A stretch of DNA of 43,365 nucleotides from a bacterium (GTDB lineage Bacteria > Patescibacteriota > Gracilibacteria > Absconditabacterales > Absconditicoccaceae): the NCBI GenBank assembly GCA_041831495.1, contig JBHAST010000058.1, positions 1 to 43,365 of the forward strand. The letters run 5' to 3'. Position numbers and translations under genes: made by a program. The notes below the pieces were generated by a model. That model was not told the DNA's origin. It ran no database searches and saw nothing but the letters and a program-made list of their open reading frames with translations. Of this stretch, positions 41,602 to 43,365 are shown one piece after another; the stretch's first letter is position 1, and each line of letters starts with the position of its first letter.

Positions 41602-41931
41602 ATGGTAGTAATTGTAAAAGTGCAGGATAGTTCTGGAACTGAGATTGGATCTTTTCAGGCAGAAGATACTCTTTCTCTGGCTGAAATGGCAGCAATGCAC
41701 GGTATTGAGATTTTGCAGTCGTGTAGCACTGGATTTTGTGGGGTTTGTCTTTGTGAGGTCTTAGAAGGTGCTGATGGGATTCAAAAAGATAAAACCTGAG
41801 ATGCTCTCTATGATTTGGCTACTGATGAGGATTGAAATCCAAAACAGGTTTTGGCTTGTGTTTGAGGGATTAAGTCAGAATTTTTTGCTGATGATAAAGA
41901 GCATACGATTGTTCTCAAGAAAGCCTATTAG
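41602..41931 (+). CDS. Plant-type [2Fe-2S] ferredoxin-like protein (109 aa)
   Basis: ATG 41602 is preceded by GAGGAG. The cysteine pattern is CSTGFCGVC (C-x4-C-x2-C) plus a downstream LAC. There are three in-frame TGA, and the stop is TAG 41929-41931. Confidence 0.75.
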
Positions 41932-41949
41932 CAGACTTTATTACAATTG

Positions 41950-42055
41950 TGCGTCATTCTGAGGAATAGATGGATTGTCATTCTGAACGCAGTGAAGAAT
42001 CTAGTATCCGCTTTTCATTATATCCTTCGCTAACGCTCAGGAAGACACTCAGCAT
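41950..42055. repeat. Intergenic short-repeat/palindrome block
   Basis: GTCATTCTGA occurs twice, 24 bp apart (41953-41962 and 41977-41986). CATTCT...AGAATC is an imperfect palindrome. The TCGCTAACGCTCAG motif is related to TCGCTATCGCTCGG at 213-227 and 328-341. Confidence 0.6.
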
Positions 42056-42081
42056 TGTGAACTTTAAACTCTGAACGGTTT

Positions 42082-42651
42082 ATGACAATAATTAAATTTG
42101 AACAAGCATTTCTTCTCCTCCTGATTCAACAAGATGCAGGAGCTTACAATACTTTCTATCTTCAGACAGTAGATGTGTTTTTTCGTTATTTGCAGAGTAA
42201 TTTTTTCCTTTCTCAAGAAGATGCTGAAGATGTGATCGCTGATTTTTATGTAAAGTTCTGGTCTGCAGTAACGAAATATGACATCAATCAGTCTTTTTCC
42301 GCTTATGTATGGGCAATTTTCAAAAATACCCTCAAAGACTATTTCAAAAAGCACAAAGAACTTTCTTTCTCTCAGCTTGATAGTGATGATGAGGAAGGAG
42401 AGAAGTTTGAAGATACTTTGATTGAGGAGAGCGAGGTTGAGGAGCTCTTGCAGCAGGATTTTGAGCTTGAGCAGATCAAACAAGCTATGCAAGAACTTGA
42501 TGTTTTGAGTAGGGAGATACTTTTTTTGAGGTATATTGAGCATAGATCCTATACTGAGATTGAGGATCAGCTTTTGCTTTCGCAAGAAGTGATTAGGCAG
42601 AGGATTTCTAGAGCTTTGAAAAAGTTAAGAGCGATGCTGAATAATTGATAA
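42082..42651 (+). CDS. RNA polymerase sigma-70 family (ECF-type) sigma factor
   Basis: Region-2-like segment EDAEDVIADFYVKFW...FSAYVWAIFKNTLKDYF and region-4 HTH LFLRYIEHRSYTEIEDQLLLSQEVIRQRISRALKKLR. The terminal TGA is read through to TAA 42649-42651. Confidence 0.8.
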
Positions 42652-42691
42652 TTCAGAATTATAAATCACTTTATTTTCTTCTCTTTACTTG

Positions 42692-43249
42692 ATGAAAATT
42701 ATTTGAATTACTTGACCTTCTGCGGCAGGGAAGGGGACGGTTGTGGCGTATCTCGTTGAGAAGCTTGGTTTTGTGCATTATTCGGTCAGTGGATATCTCA
42801 CTGAGCACTTGCAGGCTCAAGGGCAGGCAATCAATAGGGACACGATGAGAGTTTTGGCTGATAGCTTGAGAGCAGAGTTTTGACCTGCATATATCATTGA
42901 GCAGCTCTATTTGCAGGCAGAGAAGAACGGGAAGAATGCGATTATTGAGTCTATTCGTGCTTTGGGAGAAGTTGAAATCTTAAAGGAAAAGTCTGACTTC
43001 CTTCTTTTGTCCGTTAATGCTGATCAGAAGCTCAGATACGAAAGAGCGATCAAAAGGAATTCGGCGAAAGATCAGATTACTTGGGAGCATTTTCAGCAGC
43101 AGGAAGCCTTGGAAGCTGAAAATCAAGACCCTAACAAGTGAAATATTGTGGCTTGTCAGAAGTTGGCAGATATTCAGCTGGATAATAATGGCAGTTTTGA
43201 GGACTTGTATAAGCAGATTGAGGGTTTAGTTCGTTTTAATCCACTCTAG
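42692..43249 (+). CDS. P-loop nucleotide kinase (CoaE/dNMP-kinase-like), 185 aa
   Basis: MKII[TGA]IT[TGA]PSAAGKGT reads as IIGITGPSAAGKGT (Walker A). The gene joins track piece 42911..43141 across TGA codons. The stop is TAG 43247-43249. Confidence 0.7.
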
Positions 43250-43254
43250 CTCTC

Positions 43255-43365
43255 CTTCATTCGCAATGATAATAGCTATGAACTAATTTCTCTTTGTCAT
43301 CGCGAGCCGTAGGCGTGGCGATCCAGATAGAAAAGAAGCTTAATTTTACTGGATTGCTTCGCTTC
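43255..43365. repeat. GC-rich palindromic intergenic elements (cut by the window end)
   Basis: GTCATCGCGAGCCGTAGGCGTGGCGATCCAG (43296-43326) has complementary ends ATCGC...GCGAT. CTGGATTGCTTCGCTTC (43349-43365) looks like an inverted partial copy, since GCGATCCAG is nearly complementary to CTGGATTGC. Confidence 0.6.

Noticed and set aside
42064-42585. 173-aa minus-strand ORF
   Set aside because: It is antisense to the sigma-factor gene, which has recognisable region 2 and region 4 motifs.
1-43365. Alternative explanations for the fragmented ORFs: TGA as Trp (table 4), or massive pseudogenisation
   Set aside because: The TGA codons fall on invariant Gly in the Nudix, ABC-signature and Walker-A motifs, where Trp would be incompatible. 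One TGA (2799-2801) does align with a usually-Trp DUF285 position, but that position is Met in a sister repeat. Pseudogenisation is unlikely because only TGA, never TAA or TAG, interrupts the frames.

Overview
This window only makes sense after recoding. In the standard-code ORF track most genes are broken into same-frame pieces separated only by TGA. Those TGA codons fall on invariant glycines: the Nudix box PGGG, the ABC signature LSGGE and the Walker-A motif GITGPSAAGKG. I therefore read TGA as Gly (table 25, Gracilibacteria/Absconditabacteria-type CPR bacterium). CGA codons also fall repeatedly on invariant Trp or aromatic positions, including all three CGA codons in gpmA and the repeat-defining Trp of DUF285 repeats. 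This suggests a second reassignment, CGA to Trp, of the kind proposed for some Absconditabacterales.

Under that reading the window is gene-dense, with about 40 CDS and one tRNA-His.
- **Housekeeping genes:** xerC-like recombinase, MazG-like, rsmG, miaB, gpmA, recX, a Nudix hydrolase, a HAD nucleotidase, tilS, an ftsE-like ATPase, queA, miaA, a 2Fe-2S ferredoxin, an ECF-type sigma factor and a P-loop kinase.
- **Surface protein:** a 1456-aa protein with DUF285/BspA repeats, a cadherin-like repeat and an SLH-like C-terminus.
- **Toxin-antitoxin and neighbour:** a BrnT/BrnA-like pair next to an uncharacterised protein carrying an RxxxxH motif.
- **Decayed mobile/defence patch:** two transposase remnants and an HsdS tail, downstream of the recombinase.
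- **Free-standing IleRS C-terminal domain gene,** divergent from tilS.
- **Main candidate for something new:** a roughly 14-kb locus (26262-40498) around tRNA-His. It encodes very large, family-less proteins with coiled-coil regions and Gly/Ala-rich transmembrane helices. Gene D (873 aa) lies on the minus strand with two small partners. A tight plus-strand operon encodes A (1143 aa), B (1359 aa) and C (335 aa), and C ends in a Cys...His peptidase-like domain.

All coordinates and translations come from hand translation. No database search was possible.
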